A stretch of 32,000 nt of DNA from Patescibacteria group bacterium (lineage in GTDB: Bacteria > Patescibacteriota > Patescibacteriia > 2-01-FULL-39-33): assembly GCA_041649575.1 (NCBI GenBank), contig JBAZMW010000005.1, forward strand, positions 30,001-62,000, in the 5' to 3' direction. Both the position numbers and the translations under genes were made by a program. A model generated the notes under the pieces. It was not told the DNA's origin and searched no databases. It worked only from the letters and a program-made list of their open reading frames with translations. This document shows, in pieces, positions 1-8,296 of the stretch (position 1 is its first letter; every line of letters starts with the position of its first letter).

Positions 1-2
1 TG

Positions 3-767
3 TCATTAATTTATTATTTAGGAGAACAAAAATACGGCCTGCAAAGTTATGGTATTAATAGCTATGAAGATTTATTAAAACATCCCCTTGGTGAATGGTT
101 GGATATTTTGCCAACAGCTAAAAAACAGGGTTACTTTAAGGGGATAGCAGAAAAAAGTTTAACTAATTTTTATAATCGGGCTTTGGTTTATATTAGTGGG
201 AAAGAGGTAATCTATAATAAGATAGATTTTCCATCGGGAAGCAAGGAAATACATTTTGATATTGAAGATGACCCAACGCAAGATATAGTTTATATGTTTG
301 GATTTTGGATTATAGATAATGGCAAGGGTTATTATCATGCTATTGTAGCTGAAAACATAAACGGAGAAGAAAAAGCCACTCGGGAATTGTGGGAGTTTTT
401 AAAAATAAACCAAGGTATTCCGATGTATCACTACTCCCATCATGAAAAAAGCACGTTGAGACGGTTGCAGGAAAAATATAGTTTAGACCCGTCTGTTTAT
501 GAGCAATTTTTAAATGACGCCTTTGATTTATATAGCGCAGTAACAAAAAATACCGATTTTCCTTTGACCAGCTATGGTCTCAAGGCAATTTGTAAACATC
601 TTGGATTTCATTGGAGTGCTGAGGACGCTGGCGGAGCCAATTCTATTGAGTGGTATTCAAAATACTTGGCGGGAGATAAATCAATGATGGATAAAATTTT
701 AAAATACAATGAGGAGGACTGTAAGGCGACCGCTTATTTAAAGGATTATTTAATTTATGCAAAGTAG
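3..767 (+). CDS. RecB-family / TM0106-like putative nuclease C-terminal part (RNase H-like YprB fold), 5'-truncated by the window edge
   Basis: The frame of the 99..767 ORF is open back to position 3 (..LGEQKYGLQSYGINSYEDLLKHPLGEWLDILPT..). Motifs IHFDIEDDPTQDIVYMFGFWI, YHYSHHEKSTLRRL and YNEEDCKATAYLKDYL are typical of the RNase_H_2 domain in TM0106-like proteins. Confidence 0.75.
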   Translation, partial: SLIYYLGEQKYGLQSYGINSYEDLLKHPLGEWLDILPTAKKQGYFKGIAEKSLTNFYNRALVYISGKEVIYNKIDFPSGSKEIHFDIEDDPTQDIVYMFGFWIIDNGKGYYHAIVAENINGEEKATRELWEFLKINQGIPMYHYSHHEKSTLRRLQEKYSLDPSVYEQFLNDAFDLYSAVTKNTDFPLTSYGLKAICKHLGFHWSAEDAGGANSIEWYSKYLAGDKSMMDKILKYNEEDCKATAYLKDYLIYAK

Positions 768-1044
768 ATTATCAAAAATTGAAAAAAGATTACTCGAAAT
801 TGATGAGGAAAAAGAGTTTGGAGTTTATAACTATGGCGAGAATTTAACTGGAAATTTTGATGATGAAATTGAGAAAAGCCGTATTTTACATTTTGATATA
901 GAGAAAAATAAGCTACAAATGGAAAGGCAATTTATACTTGACGGGAGGAACGGTTGGTGGTTTAGAATCGTCTGGGATATGGTAGTCCCTATAATTATTA
1001 CCCTTATAACAATATTTTGTTATTTAAAGTTTGGGATAAAATAA
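757..1044 (+). CDS. Small hypothetical protein with N-terminal coiled coil and C-terminal transmembrane segment
   Basis: Overlaps the preceding stop, continuing the same transcription unit; hydrophobic C-terminus WDMVVPIIITLITIFCYLKF; followed by a terminator. Confidence 0.6.
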   Translation: MQSRLSKIEKRLLEIDEEKEFGVYNYGENLTGNFDDEIEKSRILHFDIEKNKLQMERQFILDGRNGWWFRIVWDMVVPIIITLITIFCYLKFGIK

Positions 1045-1153
1045 TTTTTTTCCAAATTAAATTTTGCCATAGCCAATTAGGCCAAGATATTCAAACCATT
1101 TCTTAATATCATAAATAATCGGGTTTAAATTCTCAATACAGTAGTGTACCAGT

Positions 1154-1193
1154 AAAACAAAAGCACCATAAGTCTGGTGTTTTTGTTTTTTTT
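1154..1193 (+). terminator. Rho-independent terminator after the 757..1044 gene
   Basis: AAAACAAAAGCACCA-taagtc-TGGTGTTTTTGTTTTTTTT: stem with long T tract. Confidence 0.75.
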
Positions 1194-1213
1194 ATGTAAA
1201 AATTTTTATAGAA

Positions 1214-1250
1214 TAAAAAAAGAAAGTCCACGCGTGCTCATCGCGTGGAC
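1214..1250 (-). terminator. Rho-independent terminator of the minus-strand 1273..2500 operon
   Basis: Minus strand reads TCCACGCG-atgagca-CGCGTGGACTTTCTTTTTTTATTC: perfect 8-bp stem plus T tract. Confidence 0.85.
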
Positions 1251-1272
1251 CGGGTTGTTGTACATTCGGGGA

Positions 1273-1866
1273 TCAGGTCGGGATCTGAAAGCCTCCTCGC
1301 TGATTCCGTTTGATCCTTTTCGACCCAAGGAGCCTCTTTATGGCCGCCCTTATCTGCCGGTTGACCTTGACCGTCGACAGGCTTCTGTCGAACAGCCAAT
1401 GGGTGGTTCCCAGTTCGGCCAGATTGTCCAGCAGGTACTTGTCGTCGACAGGCAGATCAGTATCAACCGCCAAGGCCTCATTGATCGCCTCGATCACAGC
1501 CGCGTCGCAGTCCGCCTCGGTCTCAATGAATCGTCTCGATGGCGGTTTGGAGTCTGACGGCGGATTGGGCTCGGATTTCCTTGGTGGCTTGGACTTTCTC
1601 GGCGGCTTGGGATCTGACGGCGGATCGGGATCGGGCTCTGGCTCGGGATCGGGCTTGGCCCTTTTTCCTTTCTTGATCACGCCGTTTTCCAGATGCATCT
1701 CGCCGGCCGGCTCCATAAAACTGAAAAGAACCTGCCGTACTTGGTTTTCGACAATCGTCGATCCTATCGTGGACACGTCGTAGCCGTATGTTGCCGCGTT
1801 CTTGGATATTGCTTCAAGCAATTCCTCGAACGTCAGGTTCCAAACAAACTGCTCCTCGACAGCCAA
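1273..1866 (-). CDS. Uncharacterised protein, two globular ends joined by a proline-rich charged linker
   Basis: Open frame of 197 aa, with linker DPEPEPDPDPPSDPKPPRKSKPPRKSEPNPPSDSKPP. Same strand as 1958..2500, terminator immediately downstream. Confidence 0.6.
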   Translation of the reverse strand: MAVEEQFVWNLTFEELLEAISKNAATYGYDVSTIGSTIVENQVRQVLFSFMEPAGEMHLENGVIKKGKRAKPDPEPEPDPDPPSDPKPPRKSKPPRKSEPNPPSDSKPPSRRFIETEADCDAAVIEAINEALAVDTDLPVDDKYLLDNLAELGTTHWLFDRSLSTVKVNRQIRAAIKRLLGSKRIKRNQRGGFQIPT

Positions 1867-1957
1867 GACCAGCCTTCTCCAGTCATCGGAGACTTTCCCT
1901 GGATCAGTGGAATTCCTCGGCGTTTTCAGCCGGATGCTCCTGTCTCTCTCGCCCTTT

Positions 1958-2500
1958 TTAGGGGCGGCTACGAAAGGGGCGAGCGATTCCTCCTTCGACC
2001 ATGATTTTCATGGTCTCGCTCTTCTTAAGAGCTGTCAGGGCCGCGTCGAGACGACTCATGCACTTCGAAAATACCGCATCGTCGTCGTTCATTGCTGCGT
2101 TCTTGTGCCACCACTTGGCCAGGGCCTGACGGGTGTTCGTCGTGTCGTTGCCGCCGCAGATATGCTCGTAGAGCAGCCTGGACTTCTTTCCGTATTCGCT
2201 CTTTCCGCCCCCGGCCGTTGCAGCCTTCACCGACTTGGCCGGCCGACCGCGCTCACGCGGCGCTTTGGCCGCGGCTGCCTTCTGCGCCGGCCGTCCGTTT
2301 CTGAGGCCATGCAAGGAGTCAAGCAACTCTTGCAGCCGCTGATCCAGAAAGTCAAGAAGCCTACTCTTCCAATCATCCACGAGTTTCGAAGCCTCTTCGT
2401 CGGAAAGCAGCCTCTCGAGCAGACGAGCAGATCCCTCTATGTCAGCATCAGGATCGCCTGCCAGAATCCCCAACAACAGATTTCGCGCCATGGTTTTCAC
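1958..2500 (-). CDS. Uncharacterised protein with two AT-hook-like GRP motifs in a basic Ala/Lys-rich linker
   Basis: 180-aa frame containing RNGRPAQKAAAAKAPRERGRPAKSVKAATAGGG; purine-rich SD upstream (gcgaggagggtgaaaacc) and a promoter-like element at 2567..2596. Confidence 0.65.
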   Translation of the reverse strand: MKTMARNLLLGILAGDPDADIEGSARLLERLLSDEEASKLVDDWKSRLLDFLDQRLQELLDSLHGLRNGRPAQKAAAAKAPRERGRPAKSVKAATAGGGKSEYGKKSRLLYEHICGGNDTTNTRQALAKWWHKNAAMNDDDAVFSKCMSRLDAALTALKKSETMKIMVEGGIARPFRSRP

Positions 2501-2566
2501 CCTCCTCGCTAAATGTTCCGATATTTGTCTGTCTCACAGGGTGGCCGCTTAGCCATCCATGCCTTA

Positions 2567-2596
2567 TTCTTACACCAGATCATACATTTTAGTCAA
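2567..2596 (-). promoter_or_regulatory. Sigma70-like promoter for the 1958..2500 / 1273..1866 operon
   Basis: Minus strand TTGACT (2591-2596), 18-nt spacer, TAAGAA (2567-2572). Confidence 0.55.
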
Positions 2597-2680
2597 CAAA
2601 CCAGTTTTTGGCGGTTTTTACAAAAGTAGCCGGTAATTGCGATAAAATAATATAAGCCGGCTAGCGGCGGCGAAAAAATA

Positions 2681-2714
2681 GAATAAAAACAGAGCACGTC
2701 TCGCGACATGCTCT
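2681..2714 (-). terminator. Rho-independent terminator downstream of 2752..3825
   Basis: Minus strand AGAGCATGTC-gcga-GACGTGCTCTGTTTTTATTC. Confidence 0.75.
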
Positions 2715-2751
2715 ATAGAATACAGAACGCTGAATGTACGACCAGCCCTTC

Positions 2752-3825
2752 TCACTGGATTGGTTGCACTGGTGGTGTCGGTGTTGGCGTCTCCTTGGCC
2801 TCCTTTGTTTCCCTGGTTACCCTCGGAATGAACAGGGGCATCACCGCTTCCCCTGCCGTTGACGAGACTCTGTCCTCGGAGACTTCTGCGCCGTACTGGC
2901 CGACAGACCCGTACTTCAGGCACTTACTGCTGTAGAGCGGGTTCTCGCAACGATAGGCGCCGATTTCCATGGGAGAACCGCCAGTAGCCAGCCGCATACA
3001 CAGATCGATGAACATCAGTTCGGGGAGCGTGGCGAATCTCACCGTCAAGTCTCGATGCAAGCGTTGCAGGTGCAGGAGTTCGAGCTGCTGTTCCTGCCAG
3101 GTGAGGCCTTCCAGCCAAAGGCTCTTGCCCTCATGACAAGCAGCCCAGGTGGGTATGGGCGCGAAGGCGTAGAAGTCTTCCAGCGGCCACTTATTACATG
3201 CCTCGGCGAATAATGTCGGAATGTCGGGGTTCTGCGGGTCGAACTGACGTAGCGCTGGCTGGAAGCCGAAGAATTGCTGGTTCAGTTCACTCTTGGAGAA
3301 GTCCGCTCCCCGTAAGAAGGCCACGGGCACCAGACCAGGGTGGATCCCGAGATATCTGCCGTCCGCCCAGCTTCCCTCCAGTTTACCTAGGCGCTTCGCC
3401 CAATAAATGGCACAATTGGGAAGGTCGTGGTTGTGACGAATCTTGCGTCTCACTCTGACCATCAGGGCCAGGGCCCCCAGAACCACGTGTGACCGGCTGA
3501 ATGGTTCGGGCAGAAAGGTCGCCGCGGTCATTTGACTCCGATACATGTGCAGCATGTGCTGCAACATTCGGAAACTCAAGGCGTCGGTGGTGGTGAGCTC
3601 GATCATTTGGGCAAAGAGGCCGGTGATCCAGTTGAGGTGCTCGAGTTCTTTCTTGTCCGGTTCTGGGTGTTCCTCGGCAAACTTCCCTAGGCTCTTCAGG
3701 ACAGGAGCTACCATCCTGATTTGCCCGTCCGTAAGCGACAGAAAGTTCAGCAGCAATTGCGCTAGCTGTCCTTGATCGCGAACGGCAGTTAATGCCGTCT
3801 TTAGCTCGTTTCTGACTTCTGTCAT
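2752..3825 (-). CDS. Uncharacterised 357-aa protein (no family recognised)
   Basis: Long open frame, SD ggaggag upstream of the ATG, own promoter (3874..3902) and terminator (2681..2714). C-terminal Pro/Thr tail TPTPTPPVQPIQ. Confidence 0.7.
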   Translation of the reverse strand: MTEVRNELKTALTAVRDQGQLAQLLLNFLSLTDGQIRMVAPVLKSLGKFAEEHPEPDKKELEHLNWITGLFAQMIELTTTDALSFRMLQHMLHMYRSQMTAATFLPEPFSRSHVVLGALALMVRVRRKIRHNHDLPNCAIYWAKRLGKLEGSWADGRYLGIHPGLVPVAFLRGADFSKSELNQQFFGFQPALRQFDPQNPDIPTLFAEACNKWPLEDFYAFAPIPTWAACHEGKSLWLEGLTWQEQQLELLHLQRLHRDLTVRFATLPELMFIDLCMRLATGGSPMEIGAYRCENPLYSSKCLKYGSVGQYGAEVSEDRVSSTAGEAVMPLFIPRVTRETKEAKETPTPTPPVQPIQ

Positions 3826-3873
3826 TGATCCGCTCCTCCATTGTTGGCGGCTCCATCAAAGGTACTTAATTGA

Positions 3874-3902
3874 TTTTTAGCACGTTATTATTTAAAGGTC
3901 AA
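3874..3902 (-). promoter_or_regulatory. Sigma70-like promoter for 2752..3825
   Basis: Minus strand TTGACC (3897-3902), 17-nt spacer, TAAAAA (3874-3879). Confidence 0.55.
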
Positions 3903-3948
3903 ACAGGATTAAAAATAAGTCATCGGTTGGGTAGTAAAAAGTTATTCC

Positions 3949-3983
3949 CAAAAAATCGCCTTTCTTGGAGAGGGCGATTTTTT
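3949..3983. terminator. Bidirectional-looking terminator hairpin between divergent genes
   Basis: AAAAAATCGCC-tttcttggaga-GGGCGATTTTTTGG: stem with A tract on the left and T tract on the right. Confidence 0.7.
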
Positions 3984-4065
3984 GGTTTGGGCGATTATAG
4001 GTTATTTCTAATAATATTCAAAAATAGACTTTATTAAAATTGATTTTTTGTTATACTAAAGGCAG

Positions 4066-6348
4066 ATGAAAAATTCAATATTTAAATCATTTTTAATTCA
4101 ATTATCAAAAAATATGAAAAAAAACGGCTCAAAAATTCTCTTTTTCACCCTGATTTTTTTGGCTTTGATTGTCTCTGGCTGCGGCGCCAAAAAATCAGCC
4201 GACCAATCAGAGAAGATAAATGTAAATGAGATTAAGGATCAGCAAGTCAAAGAAATGGTGCAAGCTTTCAAGCCGGAGGAACCTTATCAGGAAACCAGCG
4301 CGGATAAAATCCAAGCCGCTTTAAGCCAGGGAAAAATTACCGAAGAGCAAAGTATAATTTATCAAGTAATTGTCCTAAGCGATCAGACCAAGCTGCCCCA
4401 AGAATTCCAAGGCGCTTCGGTTTCCGGCGATGACGCGTATCTTTTTGGTTTGATAAACGAAAAATGGGATTCATTTTCCCAAAGTACTAAAGACGCTTTG
4501 CTGCCATATCTCTTGCCGCCGGACGACCCGAAAAGTTTTTACAACCCGAGCTTAAATACTGATGAGGAAAAAAATATCTGGGATAAGATTCTTTCAATCA
4601 AACCGGCCGGCGCAGCAACGCCGACTGTTTGGGTTGAGTCCAAGCCTTTGCCGCAAGTCAGCGTTTACTACGATAAATCGCGCGAACAGCAGGATTACCA
4701 AAATAATGTCTGGGCCCAAACCGCGGCTGTTGACTCGGTGCCAAAATTTTCCGACTTGCTGGGCATTGATCTGACTGATAAAAAAATCAACATTTATCTA
4801 AACAGCCGCGGCCTTTCTGGCTACGGCCAAGCCTCTTTAAATCCGGTTTCCAACAAGATTTGCGTAGTGAGAGTCAAAACCGGGCTGAACGAAAAAATGA
4901 CCAAAGCCACTGTGGCCCACGAAGCTTTCCATTGTTATCAATTTTTTTACGGCTTCAAATATGAATTGGATATGAAATGGCTGATGGAAGCCACCGCCAC
5001 CTGGGCCGAAGACTTTGTTTATCATAACTACAACACCGAGCATGAATATGACTCTGATTTTTTTAATCATACCAACTGGGACCTGACCAGCACCAAAGGC
5101 GCTCACGAATACGGCTCCTATCTTTGGTTTTATTATCTGACCGAAAAAGCCGGCGGTGGCGCCCAGGATATTGCTTTGGCGCTGGCCAAGGCCAAACAAA
5201 CCAATGCCGCCCGCCAGGCCCTAAAATCTCGGCCGGCTTTCAACGATGAATTCAAAGAATTTTCTTTTTGGAACTGGAATCAGGTGCCATTTATCAATCA
5301 CACCGATTCGCCGCAATTTCCGGCCATTACTCCCGGCGGCAATTCTATCAAGACGATACCCTTGCAATCAGCGGGCGACAAAACCGAGCCGGTCAGCCTG
5401 GAAAGAGGCGGGGCCAAATATTATTTTTACTATCTGGCCAATGACAACATTAAAAAATTGACTTTTGATGTTAAGGCTTTTGAGCCTAACGAAAACGGCC
5501 CCAAAGGCTTGCAAGCTCTGGTTAAGATTGGCGACAACTGGTATTACGAAGACTGGTCAAATTTGCAAGAGCGGACTTTCTGCCGCGATCTTGATGATGA
5601 AAACATCACGGCCGCGGTTTTGATTACTACCAACTCGGATATTATTAATACGGCGAGTGGCAATCTAAAAGTTAAGGCGGAGAAAAAATGCGGCCCGGGC
5701 TGGATTGGCACGGTGCGGGTCAGCTGGCAAGGGGAGTACCAGGATTATGGCAAGGCCAGCGGTAATGTAAAAACCGGCGGTTCTTATTCTATTCACGAAG
5801 AACTGGAATATGACCCGGAAGATGACGAGCTACTGGTAAAAAAACACAATTTTACCTTTAACGAAAAATACAACAAAACCTATCAAGGCGGCCGGGGCGG
5901 CTGTGGCGTGATTTTTGACAACTCGCGCAGCACTGCCAGCGGCAACGGCAATTATGTTTATGATCTGAAGAACGAGGAGCAGCAGAGCGCCAGAATTTAC
6001 GGCAAGACTCACGCCGAAGACCTGACCGGCAAAATCGGCGGTCAATATGAAATCGGTTTTGATATTAAGCCCGATCCCAATCCGGCGACAGCCGAAAGAC
6101 AATTCAAGACCACCAGCTACTGGCAGTATTTGGAAAAAAATTGTTCGTTTATTCTGCCGCTACAAAACGCTTGGGGCGGCTATCAGGAAAGCAGTGAAAC
6201 CAAATATTCTGCCAGCCATCCTTACGCTCCAAACTCGATTGAAATTATCATCAAGCCCGATGACCGGACAATAAAAGGCCAGGCGACTTATCAGCCGGGA
6301 GATAATATTAAAGGTACGATTGATTGGGAATATAGGAAGATGGATTGA
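4066..6348 (+). CDS. Large lipoprotein with HExxH zinc-metallopeptidase-like core (likely start at 4114, MKKNGSK..)
   Basis: Lipobox LIVSGC; motif TVAHEAFHCYQ (HEAFH at 4918-4932) followed by WLMEATATWAED, the gluzincin-like HExxH...E arrangement. Confidence 0.8.
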   Translation: MKNSIFKSFLIQLSKNMKKNGSKILFFTLIFLALIVSGCGAKKSADQSEKINVNEIKDQQVKEMVQAFKPEEPYQETSADKIQAALSQGKITEEQSIIYQVIVLSDQTKLPQEFQGASVSGDDAYLFGLINEKWDSFSQSTKDALLPYLLPPDDPKSFYNPSLNTDEEKNIWDKILSIKPAGAATPTVWVESKPLPQVSVYYDKSREQQDYQNNVWAQTAAVDSVPKFSDLLGIDLTDKKINIYLNSRGLSGYGQASLNPVSNKICVVRVKTGLNEKMTKATVAHEAFHCYQFFYGFKYELDMKWLMEATATWAEDFVYHNYNTEHEYDSDFFNHTNWDLTSTKGAHEYGSYLWFYYLTEKAGGGAQDIALALAKAKQTNAARQALKSRPAFNDEFKEFSFWNWNQVPFINHTDSPQFPAITPGGNSIKTIPLQSAGDKTEPVSLERGGAKYYFYYLANDNIKKLTFDVKAFEPNENGPKGLQALVKIGDNWYYEDWSNLQERTFCRDLDDENITAAVLITTNSDIINTASGNLKVKAEKKCGPGWIGTVRVSWQGEYQDYGKASGNVKTGGSYSIHEELEYDPEDDELLVKKHNFTFNEKYNKTYQGGRGGCGVIFDNSRSTASGNGNYVYDLKNEEQQSARIYGKTHAEDLTGKIGGQYEIGFDIKPDPNPATAERQFKTTSYWQYLEKNCSFILPLQNAWGGYQESSETKYSASHPYAPNSIEIIIKPDDRTIKGQATYQPGDNIKGTIDWEYRKMD

Positions 6349-6396
6349 TAAAAAAATAACATAGCATTTTTTAGCGCTTAAGTTAAATTCAGAACC

Positions 6397-7935
6397 ATGA
6401 ATGGAAACCAAACAATTATCATAAGTTATTTCGACCCTTCTTTGAAAGAAGAAGTGGATTCATTTGAGCAAAGATTAAAGAAACGTAAGATTTCTCTAAT
6501 CAAAACAAACCAAGGTATCCTGGAATCTAAAATTTTTTCTGGTGCGCCCTTACAACCTAAGGAAATTTTTGACCACACCCAGTATGCTGCTACTTTTGTG
6601 TTAGAATTCATTAAACTGTGTTTTAGTATTGGCGGTTTCTTGTCACTAACTTCTCAACTTATTAAGTTTATAAAGGGAATAAAACTTAAATCCAATAAAG
6701 ACGTTTTATTAATGAGTGAAATTGAAAGGGAAAAAAATTTCCCACTTAACATTTATTTTGCAATAAATAATAAAATAGCTGATAACAAAATTTTAGATGC
6801 TTTAAAAAAAATCCCCCTAACAATCAGTTTATTTAAAAATAATTTAAGTCGTTACAAAGATAGTGAAATTTTGGTTGTCTCTTATAATGAAAACCAAAAG
6901 TGCTGGGATTTAGAGAATCTAAAAGGATATAAACACAACCGCGGGCTATCTTGTTGGCGAGCGAATAGAACGATAAAAGGCCATGGGTTGGCAAGTAAAA
7001 AAGATGTTCCTGACAAACAATATCAAAATTTGTGGGAAATGCTTAATGATCCAATATCAGAAAAAGCCAAAACTAATGCCTTGAAATTTAAGGCTTCATA
7101 TTATCAGAGATTGTATACAATTCAGGACATTAAAATGGCTTTATCTGTTTGTCCTGTTACGATTAGTGTTGACATATTTAAAAGTTTTATGAATGCAAAA
7201 AATGGTATAGTGACTTTACCAAATATAAATGAAAAGAGAATCAGTGGCCATTCGGTGTTAATATGTGGATTTAATGATGATAAAAAAGTTTTTATTATTA
7301 ACAATGGTAGTTGGGGTAGAAAATGGGGTAATAATGGGCTTGGGTGTCTCCCGTTTTCTTATATTGAAAAGTATCTTATTGAAGCTTGGGGAATGCAATT
7401 ATTATTGGCTAACTTGATTAAACTTTCAATAAAAAATTTCTTTAAACTAAAATTTTTGAAAAGTTGTTTTGCCGACAGAAAAAATAAAGGAATATTAGAA
7501 AATGGTTTTATTAAAGATAAAAGGAATCTTACTATCAAGTATGAGGTTAAAAATGTTCAACCAATCGCTTTTTCAAGGGGTTCTTTTTTTATAATTAATA
7601 TATTTGATAACAAGGTAAAAGAAAAATATGGTGGATGGTCTCATTTCAGTTATGACTCCCAAAAAAGAATAATTGAGATCGAGGAATTACTAATTTCAGA
7701 AGAAAATAGAGGCTACGGCTGGGGCTCTGAAGCTATAAAAATAGTAGAAGAATATGCTAAAAAATGGCAAGTGGAAAAAATTATTGGCTGGGTGTCTATT
7801 GAAGATGCCTATAATGAAATTCAAAAAAATCTAATAGAAAAATTTTTTAAGCAAAATAATTATAGTTGCATTGATGATAACTTAAAATTTAGAGGTTGTC
7901 TTTTTAGATTTGAAAAATATTTATTAATCCAATAG
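6397..7935 (+). CDS. Putative fusion protein: N-terminal region with hydrophobic helix, papain-like (C1) peptidase segment, C-terminal GNAT acetyltransferase
   Basis: GHSVLICGFNDDKKVFIINNGSWGRKWGNNGLGCLPFSYI resembles the His/Asn region of C1 peptidases, and YTIQDIKMALSVCPVTISVDIFKSF matches the preceding core. C-terminal IEIEELLISEENRGYGWGSEAIKIVEEYAKKWQVEKIIGWVS resembles GNAT motif A. Confidence 0.75.
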   Translation: MNGNQTIIISYFDPSLKEEVDSFEQRLKKRKISLIKTNQGILESKIFSGAPLQPKEIFDHTQYAATFVLEFIKLCFSIGGFLSLTSQLIKFIKGIKLKSNKDVLLMSEIEREKNFPLNIYFAINNKIADNKILDALKKIPLTISLFKNNLSRYKDSEILVVSYNENQKCWDLENLKGYKHNRGLSCWRANRTIKGHGLASKKDVPDKQYQNLWEMLNDPISEKAKTNALKFKASYYQRLYTIQDIKMALSVCPVTISVDIFKSFMNAKNGIVTLPNINEKRISGHSVLICGFNDDKKVFIINNGSWGRKWGNNGLGCLPFSYIEKYLIEAWGMQLLLANLIKLSIKNFFKLKFLKSCFADRKNKGILENGFIKDKRNLTIKYEVKNVQPIAFSRGSFFIINIFDNKVKEKYGGWSHFSYDSQKRIIEIEELLISEENRGYGWGSEAIKIVEEYAKKWQVEKIIGWVSIEDAYNEIQKNLIEKFFKQNNYSCIDDNLKFRGCLFRFEKYLLIQ

Positions 7936-8119
7936 TTTGTTCTAATATAATTACCAACCGTTAAATTAGGCGGCAGTTCGACTTTAGTCGGCTTTCAATG
8001 CCCACTAAAGTGCGATTACTAAATTTTTTTATCGTCCAACCCCGCCTCTTCAACGCCGCTTGGGGCGGGGCAAGAAGGCGGCATGTCCGGCAGATATCGT
8101 TCTGGCGGTTTTTATTAAT

Positions 8120-8218
8120 GTCATTGCGAGGAGTTCCGTCGTTTATAAACGACGGAACGACGAAGCAATCCAGTAGCCTGAAGAGATTGCTTCGCTCCCT
8201 TTGGTCGCTCGCAATGAC
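8120..8218. repeat. Dispersed palindromic intergenic repeat of the GTCATTGCGAGGAG...CGACGAAGCAATC...GATTGCTTCG...CGCTCGCAATGAC type, with an inner 26-bp perfect palindrome
   Basis: Outer arms GTCATTGCGAG / CTCGCAATGAC, middle arms GAAGCAATC / GATTGCTTC, inner palindrome GTTCCGTCGTTTATAAACGACGGAAC at 8133-8158. Confidence 0.8.
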
Positions 8219-8243
8219 AAAAGAAAAGAATGGTCAATCATAA

Positions 8244-8272
8244 TGACATTGGTAATAAGTTTTGCTATAATA
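8244..8272 (+). promoter_or_regulatory. Sigma70-like promoter for 8297..10486
   Basis: ATGACA, 17-nt spacer, TATAAT (8267-8272). Confidence 0.55.
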
Positions 8273-8296
8273 AGGCCATAATAAATAAGACAAAAT

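Noticed and set aside
1177-1783. Plus-strand ORFs 1177..1557 and 1310..1783 (Gly/Ser-rich)
   Set aside because: Antisense shadows of the GC-rich minus-strand Pro-rich gene. The repetitive GSGSGSGSG is the complement-frame artefact; there is no plus-strand SD or promoter.
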